Part shown: piece by piece, positions 11,645 through 21,253 of the stretch
Layout of the letters: every line of letters starts with the position of its first letter
Numbering within the stretch: position 1 is the first letter of the stretch
Source of the DNA: Escherichia coli
Lineage (GTDB): Bacteria > Pseudomonadota > Gammaproteobacteria > Enterobacterales > Enterobacteriaceae
Assembly: GCF_003019035.1 (NCBI RefSeq)
Contig: NZ_CP027447.1
DNA length: 64,000 nucleotides
Direction: 5' to 3' (one strand)
Program-made: the position numbers and the translations under genes
The notes under the pieces: model-generated
The model's input: only the letters and a program-made list of their open reading frames with translations
Told to the model about the DNA's origin: nothing
Database searches by the model: none

Positions 11645-12406
11645 TCACCACATCACTTTTTGTCGCTGTTTGGCGAGATAATTCAACGGTGTCAGGCCGT
11701 AAAACGCCTTAAAAACAGAGATAAAGTACGACGTGCTGCTATAGCCACATAATTGCGCCACCTGAGTGATATTTTTGTTATCCATCAATAACATCTGTAC
11801 GGCGTAACGCATACGACACTCTGTGACAATCTGGCTATAGCTGGTATTTTCGTTTTTTAATTTCTTTTTGAGCAGGCTGGGGCTTAAACATAGCGAACTG
11901 GCGACAATTCGCAGATTCCAGTAATGCTGAATATCGCTTTGAATAATGCGGCAGACGCTGTCGCGGACGCTGCTGCGTAAGATATACATCAGTAGGGCAA
12001 TAAACCGCGATTGCTCAAGAAAGTTAGACAATACGGTAAAAAGCAATGCGCGCGTCAACTCCGCTTCGCAGGGTTTGCTGGGTTGCTGCTTGCTGTGGTT
12101 GGCGGCTAGCCGGAACACTTCCGGTGTACGGCTATGACAAGCGATAACCGGGGTTGCCAGCCGCGACCAGGGCTTTATACAGGTTAAGTTCTTATTTAAA
12201 AACAACAGATAATCGTTGATGATGTTACGGTTGATGTGGGTGATTAATACGTGATTTAACGTTGAGAGTTCAATGACGTTATTGTTGCACGCGAAGGCGG
12301 CCAGGTAGTTTTTCGGAAGGGTAAACGTAGCATGGTTATTGACGCTTACCTCTACCTCTTTTTCGGTCAGGATCACCACGCAAGGTTCACTGCTGCTCAA
12401 TTGCAT
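11645..12406 (-). CDS. envY: AraC-family porin thermoregulator EnvY
   Basis: 253-aa ORF with a C-terminal AraC-type double HTH. Recognised as EnvY. Confidence 0.9.
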   Translation of the reverse strand: MQLSSSEPCVVILTEKEVEVSVNNHATFTLPKNYLAAFACNNNVIELSTLNHVLITHINRNIINDYLLFLNKNLTCIKPWSRLATPVIACHSRTPEVFRLAANHSKQQPSKPCEAELTRALLFTVLSNFLEQSRFIALLMYILRSSVRDSVCRIIQSDIQHYWNLRIVASSLCLSPSLLKKKLKNENTSYSQIVTECRMRYAVQMLLMDNKNITQVAQLCGYSSTSYFISVFKAFYGLTPLNYLAKQRQKVMW

Positions 12407-12588
12407 TTCGCACTCCTCAGATATCAGAAACTCCGCTCAAAGGATCTATGCTTCCTGCATGAGTGATCGGCCCGTTCGCCGATAACGATCTTCTTTCTTT
12501 AGCACGCTTTTTAGCAATTAATCTTGATGGAATTCTGACGAGAGCGAAAGAGGTAAGCCAGGTCGTACCCGACTTACCTGGAGGAGAT

Positions 12589-13479
12589 TTAATACTCGAG
12601 AATGCCGTGCGCGACGGGCAAATAGCGCAGAGAGAAATAGAGCGTGTCTTTACCGCAAGAGGAACGTTTCGCTAACAGCGAGGCAATTTCTGCGTCCGGT
12701 TTCGGTTTCGCTGTAAAGGTTTTGCCTTTGCCGGCGACAAACAGTTCATAAACAATGCCGCTTGCTGGGGCGGAGCTTTGGCAATCGGCGCTGGCCTGTA
12801 GATAACGTTCACGCTGTTCAGCGGTCAGTTTATCCACGCCGCTGCCATCCTGTACCCAGACATTAACGCCGGTTGCTTTAACGTGTTCCAGCAGTTGGCG
12901 ATAGCCATCGGGCGACATGTTTCCGGCGAAAAAACTACTGATATAAACCGGTTTTGCTGAAACATCGCTAATCAACCGCTGCGCGTTGTTTAACCATGTT
13001 AGCAAAGGCTGACGGGCGGCTTCGCTGCGCCAGTTCAGGTCGTCAATTTCCGCGCTGATGTACCAGCCATCCGGCGTTACGCCAGGTACGGCGCTCCATA
13101 ATCTGGCTTGCTGGAGATCGGCAGCCAGCAGGCGGTTAAGATAGCTTTCCAGCGCTGCAGACGACTGTTTCTGGTGCATAAAAAATTCCGGATCGGCATT
13201 CAGCCCGACAATCAGCTTCAGGCCAGCCTGTTGCGCAGCTGCGGCACGCTTAAACAATAACGCGTGCTGTTCTGGCTGGGTGAATGCATCGCCGTAACGA
13301 GTCCATTGCAAAACCAGGGTATCGAAGCCTTGCAAACGTAACTGACTCATCAGCCCCTGCCACTGGGTATCGGTAACCTGACTATCACGGTTTTGTGGTT
13401 GCCAGATAATACCTTTCATCGCAAAGGAAAAAGGGCTGACCAAAAGCAGTGTCAGCAATACGAAAATGAACTTACGCAT
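12589..13479 (-). CDS. ybcH: secreted uncharacterised protein YbcH (last gene of the nfrB-nfrA-ybcH operon)
   Basis: 296-aa ORF with an N-terminal signal peptide. Its start abuts the nfrA stop with 0-nt spacing. Confidence 0.88.
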   Translation of the reverse strand: MRKFIFVLLTLLLVSPFSFAMKGIIWQPQNRDSQVTDTQWQGLMSQLRLQGFDTLVLQWTRYGDAFTQPEQHALLFKRAAAAQQAGLKLIVGLNADPEFFMHQKQSSAALESYLNRLLAADLQQARLWSAVPGVTPDGWYISAEIDDLNWRSEAARQPLLTWLNNAQRLISDVSAKPVYISSFFAGNMSPDGYRQLLEHVKATGVNVWVQDGSGVDKLTAEQRERYLQASADCQSSAPASGIVYELFVAGKGKTFTAKPKPDAEIASLLAKRSSCGKDTLYFSLRYLPVAHGILEY

Positions 13480-16452
13480 TTACCAGTGCACTCCAATGGT
13501 GAGAAACGCATTGTTGCGCTCTCCGTTACGTTGATTAATCGCCTTAAAGGTATGTTGATACTCGACGCCGAGACTGACTTTGTGCGGCCAGGCGTCGTAG
13601 TGCGTCTCGCCGGTCCAGATATTCCAGCGGACCCCGACACCGCCAAGCTGCGCGCCCTGAGTGCCTTTATCACGATAGCCGTTGTCCTGAACGTGAGCGT
13701 AAGGCTCAATAGTCTGTCCGTTAGCTACCTTCTGATGCCAGCTGACGCGATAATCTGCCGTCCACGCCTGAATATCCTGGCGGATATATTGCGCTGCATC
13801 GAGGTACAGGTTTTGGGCAAACCAGCCTGAACCGTTCGGGTGCCATTCGTCGCTGTATTTGCCGCCATTAAAGAATGAGGCGCTGGCGCGCAGCATGGTA
13901 TCGGATGCGCCATTTTGCCCGTTCAGCGGCAACTGCTGTTCGACGGCGAGGAAAAAGATCTGATCGCGCAGCGGCTTCCAGCGCAGACCGGTGCCGGACA
14001 TCGGATTTTTCACCGGCATCATCACCCCGTTTTCTCCAGTATCGGCAAATACACGGCTGTAAACCGAGAGCAGGTCGCCTTCCAGCAGCATATTGCGTCC
14101 GATGCGATACTCGGCTTCCAGTTGCCCGTAGCTACGATAGCTTTTCCCTGGCGCTGCGCCGCCGACATTATTGTTAGCGGTACTCATTGCGCCGGAACGC
14201 AAGCCGATAGAAGAATCGAAACTGAACGTCCAGCGGCGACCGACCTCCTCATGCAGACGGCGGAAATTGAAGCGTTGCTGATTTTGCTCTGGGGTCAGTG
14301 GGGTTATCAGCGCCTGATTATCAATGTCATCAATCACCAGCCGGGCGTAGTGCTGCGTCGCAGGCATGTCATCCAGACGCTGGTTCACGTAGGCCAGTTG
14401 TCGGATAAGTGCCGGATCGTCCGGTAGCCCTTTATGCGCCTGTTCGAGCATTTCCCGCGACTGTGCGATATCACCGCTATCCCACAAGGCGTAACCGAGC
14501 GCTGCCTGGGTGTTGCTATTATTCGGTTCCAGTTCCAGCGCGGCGCGCAAATCACTCACCGCCGCCGGGACATTATGACGTTGGCGATAAATTGTCGCCC
14601 GCGCAACGTAAGCGTTGGCAGAAGGCGCAATATTGATTGAGCGCGTGAGATCGTTCAGTGCGAGTTCCGGCTGACCAGGAATGTAACGTTGCGCATGCAG
14701 CCACCAGTAGAGGGCATTGTTTCCCAGCCCACGTTGTTCTGCCTGCTGAAGCCAGCGATCGCGAGCCGCACCATTTCCTGCCGCCTGGGCGGTATTGGCA
14801 GCAGCAAGCAGATCCTCATTGCTCATGTCGTGAAGACTGATTTTCTGCCAGGCCGCCAGTGCGGTGGCGTAGTCCTCAACCTGATACGCCTGATAGGCTA
14901 CCGCACGATGTTGCCAGGCGTTCGGTTGTCGTTGTTCGGCCTGAAGCCATGCATACAACGCCACACCGGGTAGCGTGTCCCGATAACACTTTGCCAGACG
15001 GTTCCAGGCGGCGGCATCGTAGGAAGGCGACATATCGCCCAGCAAGCGAACTATTGCCGGGCAATTATCTGCAATACCCGGCAACTGACTTTGCCACTGA
15101 CGTTGCTCCGCCAGCGGTAAAGGTTTCGATAAAATCGCCACCTTCGCCGGCGTTGCCAGGTAAGGATGACTTTCCAGCAGAGACGCCAGTCGCGCCATTA
15201 ACGTCTGGCTGACACGCGCATCGCCCTGGAAAGGATAGCGTTGCAGCAATAAATCGGCAGCTTCGCGTGACTGCTCGTTCTGCATCAGTTGCCAGGTCAG
15301 TTGATCCAGGCGGGTAAGATTTGCCGGTTCTTGCTGATACAGCAATCGTGCCAGACGCAGAGCTTCAGCCTTGTTATGGGTCGCTACGCTAACGGTATAA
15401 CGCTCCTCAAGCATTTCATTGGCGGGGAGGGTGGCGAGCAGTTTTTGCGCTGCGTCGTACTGACCTTCTTTTAACAGCACCGGTAGCGTCGCGCCAACAA
15501 CATACTGGCGGTTATCGGCAAACTGTACCGTATAATTCGCCAACGCCTGAACGGGGTTGACGCTGTATTTAGATAACAGATAGAGCCAACTTTTCTCTTG
15601 TGCGTCCGTGGTAAACAGCGGCTTATTTTCAATGAGATAATGCTGGAGGCGCGCTTTTTCGCCACGATAAGCCAGCGCGGTCGCGTAAGTAATATATGAC
15701 TGAGGATCGGTGAAGATCCCCTGTGATTGCAGCGCCAGGATCCGATCATCCAGCTGCGCGGCAAGAAGCACGTCAAACCACTGACGGCGTTCTGCCGCGC
15801 TTAATGTGTTCTGCTGGCGTGCTTCATTATATAGCGTATCTGCCTGGGACCATTGTTTCAGGTAGATTGCGCGTTGCAGCAGATCGGTTCGCAACGTTTT
15901 TCCTTCCGGCGATGCAGCAAACGTCGCATCGTTTAGTTGCGCTCTGGCGACAGGTAATTGTGCCAGCCGCAGGGCATTCTGCCCGACTTCACTGCGACAA
16001 CGCAGGGTCGGCGCAGCGTCGCACGCTTTTTGCTGGGCAAGCAGTTCTTCAACAGTCGTAACGCTTTTCACTTCAACTGGAATAGCCGCCAGACTGCGCT
16101 CAAGTCGGGCATCTCCTGGGTGACGTTTCAGTTGATCCTCAAGCAACAGCCGCGCCCGGTCATCATGACCAAAATGGCGATAGGCTTCCGCAAGGTATAA
16201 AGTCAGCGGAATATTATCCGGCACCTGCTGGTGTATATATTCAAATTCGCGGATGGCGGTTGCTTCGTCGTTATTTTTCTGTGCCTTCAGCGCCTTGTCG
16301 AGACGGGGATAAATAACGAAATGGCGATAATCGCTCAGCCCCAGCTCTTCTGCGCTGGTGCCGATATTGTCTGCGAGTGCGCTGGTACTCAATAAAGACG
16401 TCAGCAGTAAACCAGACCATCCGATGACGCGATTAAGGTTATTCTCCTTCAT
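13480..16452 (-). CDS. nfrA: outer-membrane protein NfrA (TPR-rich periplasmic region plus C-terminal beta-barrel; phage N4 adsorption)
   Basis: The start MKENNLNRV... at 16452 gives 990 aa with a signal peptide ending ALA-DN and a C-terminal aromatic residue (..GVHW). It overlaps the nfrB stop by 14 nt. Confidence 0.93.
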   Translation of the reverse strand: MKENNLNRVIGWSGLLLTSLLSTSALADNIGTSAEELGLSDYRHFVIYPRLDKALKAQKNNDEATAIREFEYIHQQVPDNIPLTLYLAEAYRHFGHDDRARLLLEDQLKRHPGDARLERSLAAIPVEVKSVTTVEELLAQQKACDAAPTLRCRSEVGQNALRLAQLPVARAQLNDATFAASPEGKTLRTDLLQRAIYLKQWSQADTLYNEARQQNTLSAAERRQWFDVLLAAQLDDRILALQSQGIFTDPQSYITYATALAYRGEKARLQHYLIENKPLFTTDAQEKSWLYLLSKYSVNPVQALANYTVQFADNRQYVVGATLPVLLKEGQYDAAQKLLATLPANEMLEERYTVSVATHNKAEALRLARLLYQQEPANLTRLDQLTWQLMQNEQSREAADLLLQRYPFQGDARVSQTLMARLASLLESHPYLATPAKVAILSKPLPLAEQRQWQSQLPGIADNCPAIVRLLGDMSPSYDAAAWNRLAKCYRDTLPGVALYAWLQAEQRQPNAWQHRAVAYQAYQVEDYATALAAWQKISLHDMSNEDLLAAANTAQAAGNGAARDRWLQQAEQRGLGNNALYWWLHAQRYIPGQPELALNDLTRSINIAPSANAYVARATIYRQRHNVPAAVSDLRAALELEPNNSNTQAALGYALWDSGDIAQSREMLEQAHKGLPDDPALIRQLAYVNQRLDDMPATQHYARLVIDDIDNQALITPLTPEQNQQRFNFRRLHEEVGRRWTFSFDSSIGLRSGAMSTANNNVGGAAPGKSYRSYGQLEAEYRIGRNMLLEGDLLSVYSRVFADTGENGVMMPVKNPMSGTGLRWKPLRDQIFFLAVEQQLPLNGQNGASDTMLRASASFFNGGKYSDEWHPNGSGWFAQNLYLDAAQYIRQDIQAWTADYRVSWHQKVANGQTIEPYAHVQDNGYRDKGTQGAQLGGVGVRWNIWTGETHYDAWPHKVSLGVEYQHTFKAINQRNGERNNAFLTIGVHW

Positions 16453-18676
16453 TTTCGGACTCCAGTTGCGCAACCTTTTCTGTGTTTAAACCTGCTTTGA
16501 GTAATAGTGATTGCATCGAAACTTGTAATTCGCGTTGAATTGTCAGAACGCGATCCAACGTTTCCTGGCTGATAACGCCTTCGGTGACCAAAAACTTGCC
16601 GAGCGGCAGAGAACTGCGTTCATGGCGCAATAACAACACGTTAATTGCTGAACGATTAATATGACCGAGCGTGGTCAGTATTTCGGCGAACAGGAACTGA
16701 TGCGGCACATATTGCCGCCAGATTTCACCGGCCTGCTGTTCCGTGAGCCACTGATGCTGAACCGCATTGTACAACATTGCCCGCGGATCGTGACCGCGTC
16801 GGCGCGCATACCAGTGGCGTAACCCCGTGACAATTTGTCCCCGCAGAACAATGACGTAACGCACTTTGCGTCCGACTTTACGCGTCAGGGCCGCCAGCGA
16901 AACCGGGTCAATACCATCTTCACTGCCGACAATTAACTCATCATTTTCCAGACGCAGCGGCAGCACTGCATAATGCAGCGCCACGGAGGCCGGCATCTCG
17001 GCAATCAGTGATGAAGGGATCTGCCAGGCGTCGATCGACTCCCACGCCACGCCGTTTTGCTCTGCCAGCGCCTGTGCCAGCTGCTCGGCGCTAATCAGCC
17101 CCTGCATCAGCATTGAACCGCCAAGGCGTAGACCTTCGACGCGATTACGCAGTGCTGTATCGAGTTGTTCTTCAGTGATGACCTGATTTTCCAGCAGAAT
17201 TTGACCTAACGGGCGCAACGAGCGGGTATCGCCAGTCACGCTGGGGAAGTCATGCGTTGTTTTATCCCACGCCACGCGACGTGGATCGCCGTGTTGAAGT
17301 ACCTGTTTTAACGCGCGCCAGTTGGCCATGAAGTTAATCAGGTTGCCCCAGAAAAGACGCAGGACAGATAGTAGCCCCTGCGTCAGGCCGTAGTAGCCAG
17401 TGACGAAAATCACCCGCTGCACGATGCGGTTAACCATCAAGCCAAAGTTTAGCCACAGCAGGGTCATTAACCATGCGCTGCCGCTGAAAATAGAAAGGAA
17501 ATGCCAGGCATCGGGCCACAAACTTTCATACGCCAGTAACAGCAAAAGCTGGATCATCACCAGCATCGCGAGGAAGCTGACAAAGTTACTGATTGCCCCT
17601 TTGCGGTCGCGCCAGAGAAAGTAGTTCAGCGTCAGGCTGGAGGTCCATTTGTGGGTTTTAAAGCCCTGGAAAACAATGCCGATGATCCAGCGAGATTTTT
17701 GTCGAACCGCCGTCGAAAAGGTATCGGGGAAATATTCGCGCACGCAGATCATGTTTGACGTCCGCGCGTGCTGTAAAAATTTACGCTGCTCGCGTTCTTT
17801 GGCTTCGTCCACCACCGGAAAACGGACAAAAATTTCCGTCATACCTTTTTCTTTCAGGCGGAAACCAATGTCGTAATCTTCAGTAAGACTCTGCACGTCG
17901 AAAGCAATACCGTCACCGTCAGCTAACAGTGCGGTCACGGCGCGGCGGCTGAAACAAGTACCGACACCTGCGCTGGGCACCTGTCCGGCGAGGGCTTCAC
18001 GCACCGGAACATCTTTGCCATGCAGTTCTGAAAACTCATCAATGTAAGTCATGCTGGTGAAGTGCGTCCATTCGCGTTCGAATGGGTATACCGGGATCTG
18101 AATCAGATCTTTACGCTCGACCAGATAGTTGAACAGACGCAATTCCATCGGTGAAATTACGTCTTCGGCGTCATGCAGAATAAAACCAGCAAAAGCGAAA
18201 TTGGCGCTACGCTCAAACTGGGTGATGGCGTCCAGCACGTTGTTCAGGCAGTCGGCTTTGCTGGTGGGGCCAGGACGCGCGCAGACTACCTTATGCACGT
18301 TTGGGAAGCGAGCGCACACTTCGTCAACATCACGCTGAGTATCGGGGTCGTTGGGGTAGGTGCCAACAAAGATATGATAGTTTTCATAGTCGAGCGTGGT
18401 CGCCGCCAGCTCGGCCATATTGCCGATGACGCCCGTTTCATTCCACGCCGGAACCATAATCGCTAACGGTTTTTCATCTGGTTTATACAGTTCGCGGTAA
18501 CTCATTCGCGGGTAGCGGCGATAAACACTCAACTTGCGTTTAATGCGGCGTACCCAGTAGACGACATCAATAAAAAAATCGTCCAGCCCGCTGATGAACA
18601 TGATGACCGCTAACGTTATCGCGATTACTTTTAAGCCATATAGCCAGGTTGCAAAAACATCAAGAAGCCAGTCCAC
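16439..18676 (-). CDS. nfrB: inner-membrane family-2 glycosyltransferase NfrB with C-terminal MshEN-type c-di-GMP-binding motifs
   Basis: 745-aa ORF with an N-terminal TM segment and GT2 domain (DAED, QxxRW-like SRW). The 24-residue motif RLGGSMLMQGLISAEQLAQALAEQ at 17057-17128 fits the MshEN consensus. Confidence 0.93.
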   Translation of the reverse strand: MDWLLDVFATWLYGLKVIAITLAVIMFISGLDDFFIDVVYWVRRIKRKLSVYRRYPRMSYRELYKPDEKPLAIMVPAWNETGVIGNMAELAATTLDYENYHIFVGTYPNDPDTQRDVDEVCARFPNVHKVVCARPGPTSKADCLNNVLDAITQFERSANFAFAGFILHDAEDVISPMELRLFNYLVERKDLIQIPVYPFEREWTHFTSMTYIDEFSELHGKDVPVREALAGQVPSAGVGTCFSRRAVTALLADGDGIAFDVQSLTEDYDIGFRLKEKGMTEIFVRFPVVDEAKEREQRKFLQHARTSNMICVREYFPDTFSTAVRQKSRWIIGIVFQGFKTHKWTSSLTLNYFLWRDRKGAISNFVSFLAMLVMIQLLLLLAYESLWPDAWHFLSIFSGSAWLMTLLWLNFGLMVNRIVQRVIFVTGYYGLTQGLLSVLRLFWGNLINFMANWRALKQVLQHGDPRRVAWDKTTHDFPSVTGDTRSLRPLGQILLENQVITEEQLDTALRNRVEGLRLGGSMLMQGLISAEQLAQALAEQNGVAWESIDAWQIPSSLIAEMPASVALHYAVLPLRLENDELIVGSEDGIDPVSLAALTRKVGRKVRYVIVLRGQIVTGLRHWYARRRGHDPRAMLYNAVQHQWLTEQQAGEIWRQYVPHQFLFAEILTTLGHINRSAINVLLLRHERSSLPLGKFLVTEGVISQETLDRVLTIQRELQVSMQSLLLKAGLNTEKVAQLESENEGE

Positions 18677-18816
18677 ACAAAAACCTTACATTAACGCTGG
18701 TTATGTTTAGGGTGGCGTATATTAAAGTTTTTTATGAATTGTGACAGCTTTTTATCATTAATAGGTAGGATTATTGCGGCACGTTATTTTTACACTGGTT
18801 ATAAAAGTTGCCGATT

Positions 18817-20110
18817 GCGTAGAATGTAGACAAAAGCGTGGTGTCAAGGAGGGGAGGGTAACGCAGGGAAAGATTACGAAAGCCCGCTCCCCGCAAGGAC
18901 TGACGCCAGATAGTTTCTGTCCATGGCTGCTTTTCGCATCTTACGTCTTAACCCTGCCTTGAATACCTTATCATTCGTCAAAATATTAATAGCGATGTGC
19001 CGTATCCCTGAAAATAATTCTGCTGCATTTCCTCTTCTTATTTTGCAGTCGTCTTCATTCATTACCACGTCCAGACGCCAGTGCAGCTTATTCTCCACGT
19101 GCCAGTGGTTTCGGATTGCTGTGGCGAACTTCTCTGCGGTTAAATCAGCAGAACTGATATAATATCTGACCGTCATTTCGGGCTCTTTCTTTTGTTCTGC
19201 TATTATTGACCGAAAGGAGACTGCCACGCATAATTTCTTCAGACCTTTCCATTCAAACGTGAAATCAATAAGTTCATCAGGGACATCGCAAACAATGTGA
19301 AGACGGATTTCTTCTCTGCCGTGACTCTTTTCACTCATTGCGTAACTGTCATGCTCTGGATTATTTAATTCTTTCAGCGGAAATTTTTCCTCGAAGGCTT
19401 TATTTAGCCGCCCCTGGTTTCCTTTTACAGCGAATAAATAATCACCTCCCTGTTTTTGTATCTTCTCTGCAATATCTTTCTGGCAACCCATCGCATCAGT
19501 TGTGATGATTTTTCCTTTAATATCCAGCATGTTAAGAAGTTCTTGGATAGCTGTAATCTCATTGGATTTCTCATCCGTCCTGATCTGTCCGATGACCAGA
19601 CTATGCATTGTTGAGAACGCACTAATGACATGAATCGCTCCCTTGCGGCGACTCTTGTCATAAGAGTGCCGGAGCGTTTTTCCATCAATTGCAATGACGC
19701 CTTTATCATCTGAAGAATGGCAGTCACGCATCCAGTTAATAAAGCACTCGTGAAATTTTGCAGGACTGATACAGGATACAACTCTGGCAATGGTATCGTG
19801 AACAGGAATACCATTTTCAAAATCACCATATTGCTTCAAAAAATCGAGATGTGTTTCCCCAAAATCCTCTATATCTTCCCAGCCTTCTGCACCAGAAATA
19901 ACGGCACAAATAGTCAACAGTAGAATATCCGACAATTTATGTTCCACTTTCCAGGCTTGTCTGTACTCGGGAATAACAGAAATATGTTCTATCAATTTTT
20001 TAAGTACCATTTTGTTCTCCTTAATTATGTAAGGAGTATTTGATCATGTATAAGCAATAAAAAACAGCTTCAGGTAATGAGGAATATCTCAATTTTTAAA
20101 CATAAAATGC
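18817..20110 (-). mobile_element. ISAs1-family insertion sequence (Rhs-associated H-repeat, ISEc1-like); boundaries approximate
   Basis: It contains an intact 378-aa transposase. The tentative ends come from an imperfect terminal inverted repeat (gcgtagaatgtagacaaaa at 18817 versus the reverse complement of tttttaaacataaaatgc ending at 20110). By hand this matches at about 12 of 19 positions. It gives about 1.29 kb, which is the size I recall for H-repeat elements. Confidence 0.55.
18874..20010 (-). CDS. ISAs1-family transposase (H repeat-associated protein, YhhI/YdcC/YbfL-like)
   Basis: 378-aa ORF, near-identical over its whole length to the K-12 H-repeat proteins as I remember them (…[44 protein letters not shown]…[20 protein letters not shown]…). 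Confidence 0.93.
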   Translation of the reverse strand: MVLKKLIEHISVIPEYRQAWKVEHKLSDILLLTICAVISGAEGWEDIEDFGETHLDFLKQYGDFENGIPVHDTIARVVSCISPAKFHECFINWMRDCHSSDDKGVIAIDGKTLRHSYDKSRRKGAIHVISAFSTMHSLVIGQIRTDEKSNEITAIQELLNMLDIKGKIITTDAMGCQKDIAEKIQKQGGDYLFAVKGNQGRLNKAFEEKFPLKELNNPEHDSYAMSEKSHGREEIRLHIVCDVPDELIDFTFEWKGLKKLCVAVSFRSIIAEQKKEPEMTVRYYISSADLTAEKFATAIRNHWHVENKLHWRLDVVMNEDDCKIRRGNAAELFSGIRHIAINILTNDKVFKAGLRRKMRKAAMDRNYLASVLAGSGLS

Positions 20111-20117
20111 GAATTAT

Positions 20118-20834
20118 TTAGTACAAAAAAGCAGCGTTACGTGATCTTTCCCTGTGTAATCCCCCAGCTAAATCATGAACTTTTTGAGCCATTTTACTTA
20201 ATTCAGGGCAGGCTCCTAAACCTAATGGATCTGTGAAGCAACACGGATTCAGCACATAACCATAAGTGTTTAGTCCACCCAATACACCCAGGGGGTCACT
20301 CACCAGATACATCCCGGTCTCCGGCTCGTAGTACCGGAACCGGTTATAGCACAGCCCTGACTCCGCATCCCGCCACTGCCCCGCATACAGCAGACCGGGG
20401 TCCGCTTCTGCGTCTCGCTCCCCGCGCGGGTCCGGGTAGTCCCTGTCTGCGCTGACGCTGAGTGCCAGCCCCCACAGGCTGGTCTGCTCCGCACGCCACA
20501 CCACGTTACCCTGACTGTTAAAGAGCATCACCGGGCGGCCTGTCAGGTCGCTTACCGCATGGCTGGTCCGCGTCACCCACTGCGGGGCCACGGACGGGTG
20601 CGGCTGCCGTACCCGGCTGAACTGCTGGCTTATCAGCTCAAAGCCGTTAAACACCAGGTACCGCACACTGTACAGTTTATCATCGCGGTATTCCCGGATT
20701 TCCGCAATAGTGTCGCCGTCCCACAGATATGTGATGCGGAGGGCTTTTTGTTTGCAGCGTTTCTCTGTCCGTCTGCCACTGGCGTCGTGGCAGTATTCCC
20801 ACTGCTCACCCCGGGCGCTGCGGTAGCCGATCAC
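20118..20834 (-). pseudogene. orphan rhs 3' fragment (core end plus a 32-codon tip), not an independent gene
   Basis: It aligns with residues near the end of the full-length Rhs core (168 of 204 residues identical by hand alignment), including DPLGV..(18)..DPLGL. Homology continues upstream of the first Met to about 20850 with no SD or start context. Only 32 codons follow DPLGL before the stop, which lies 7 nt from the tentative IS end. Confidence 0.8.
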
Positions 20835-20850
20835 GGCTGTCGTGGCGGAA
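20217..20850 (-). repeat. direct repeat copy 1 (rhs core 3' end, orphan copy)
   Basis: About 630 bp, collinear with 21694-22335 in the same orientation. It has one small indel near the upstream end. Confidence 0.8.
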
Positions 20851-20863
20851 CTTTATCTCTTTT

Positions 20864-21253
20864 TTATTTAATCCAGTAAGCTAATCTCTCACCAATCTTC
20901 AAATTTTCTCTTTTGTAATAAAATACAGTATCAAAGTTAATGGATATTTTTTTCGCAATAACTTTGAATTTCAATTCAAATTCCGAATAAAACTCTAATA
21001 CTAACATTTCACGAGCATTGTCAGTGCAACTTGATAGCTTAATAAACTCCTCATTAAGATCGCATGACCAGTCCATAACACCGCTAATATAGCATGGCGT
21101 GTCTATTATTATTTCCAGTGTGTGATAGTAAGAAAGGTCATCACTCCCGGAAATAATCAAGCGATTATGTTCATAAAGAAAAACTGAAAAATCCAACCAA
21201 CTTTCTTTCCAATTATGGTGCTTTATATCATTAATTATGTTTTGCTCACTCAT
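20864..21253 (-). CDS. putative cognate Rhs immunity protein (family unassigned)
   Basis: 129-aa ORF whose ATG overlaps the rhs stop (ATGA at 21250-21253). It shares the AT-rich composition of the toxin tip. It has no signal peptide or TM segment, and its position is typical of rhsI genes. Confidence 0.7.
   Translation of the reverse strand: MSEQNIINDIKHHNWKESWLDFSVFLYEHNRLIISGSDDLSYYHTLEIIIDTPCYISGVMDWSCDLNEEFIKLSSCTDNAREMLVLEFYSEFELKFKVIAKKISINFDTVFYYKRENLKIGERLAYWIK

Noticed and set aside
12463-12675. 70-aa ORF in the envY-ybcH intergenic region, running into ybcH on the opposite strand.
   Set aside because: It starts with a non-ATG codon in the track, overlaps the ybcH 3' end antisense, and has no SD or recognisable features.
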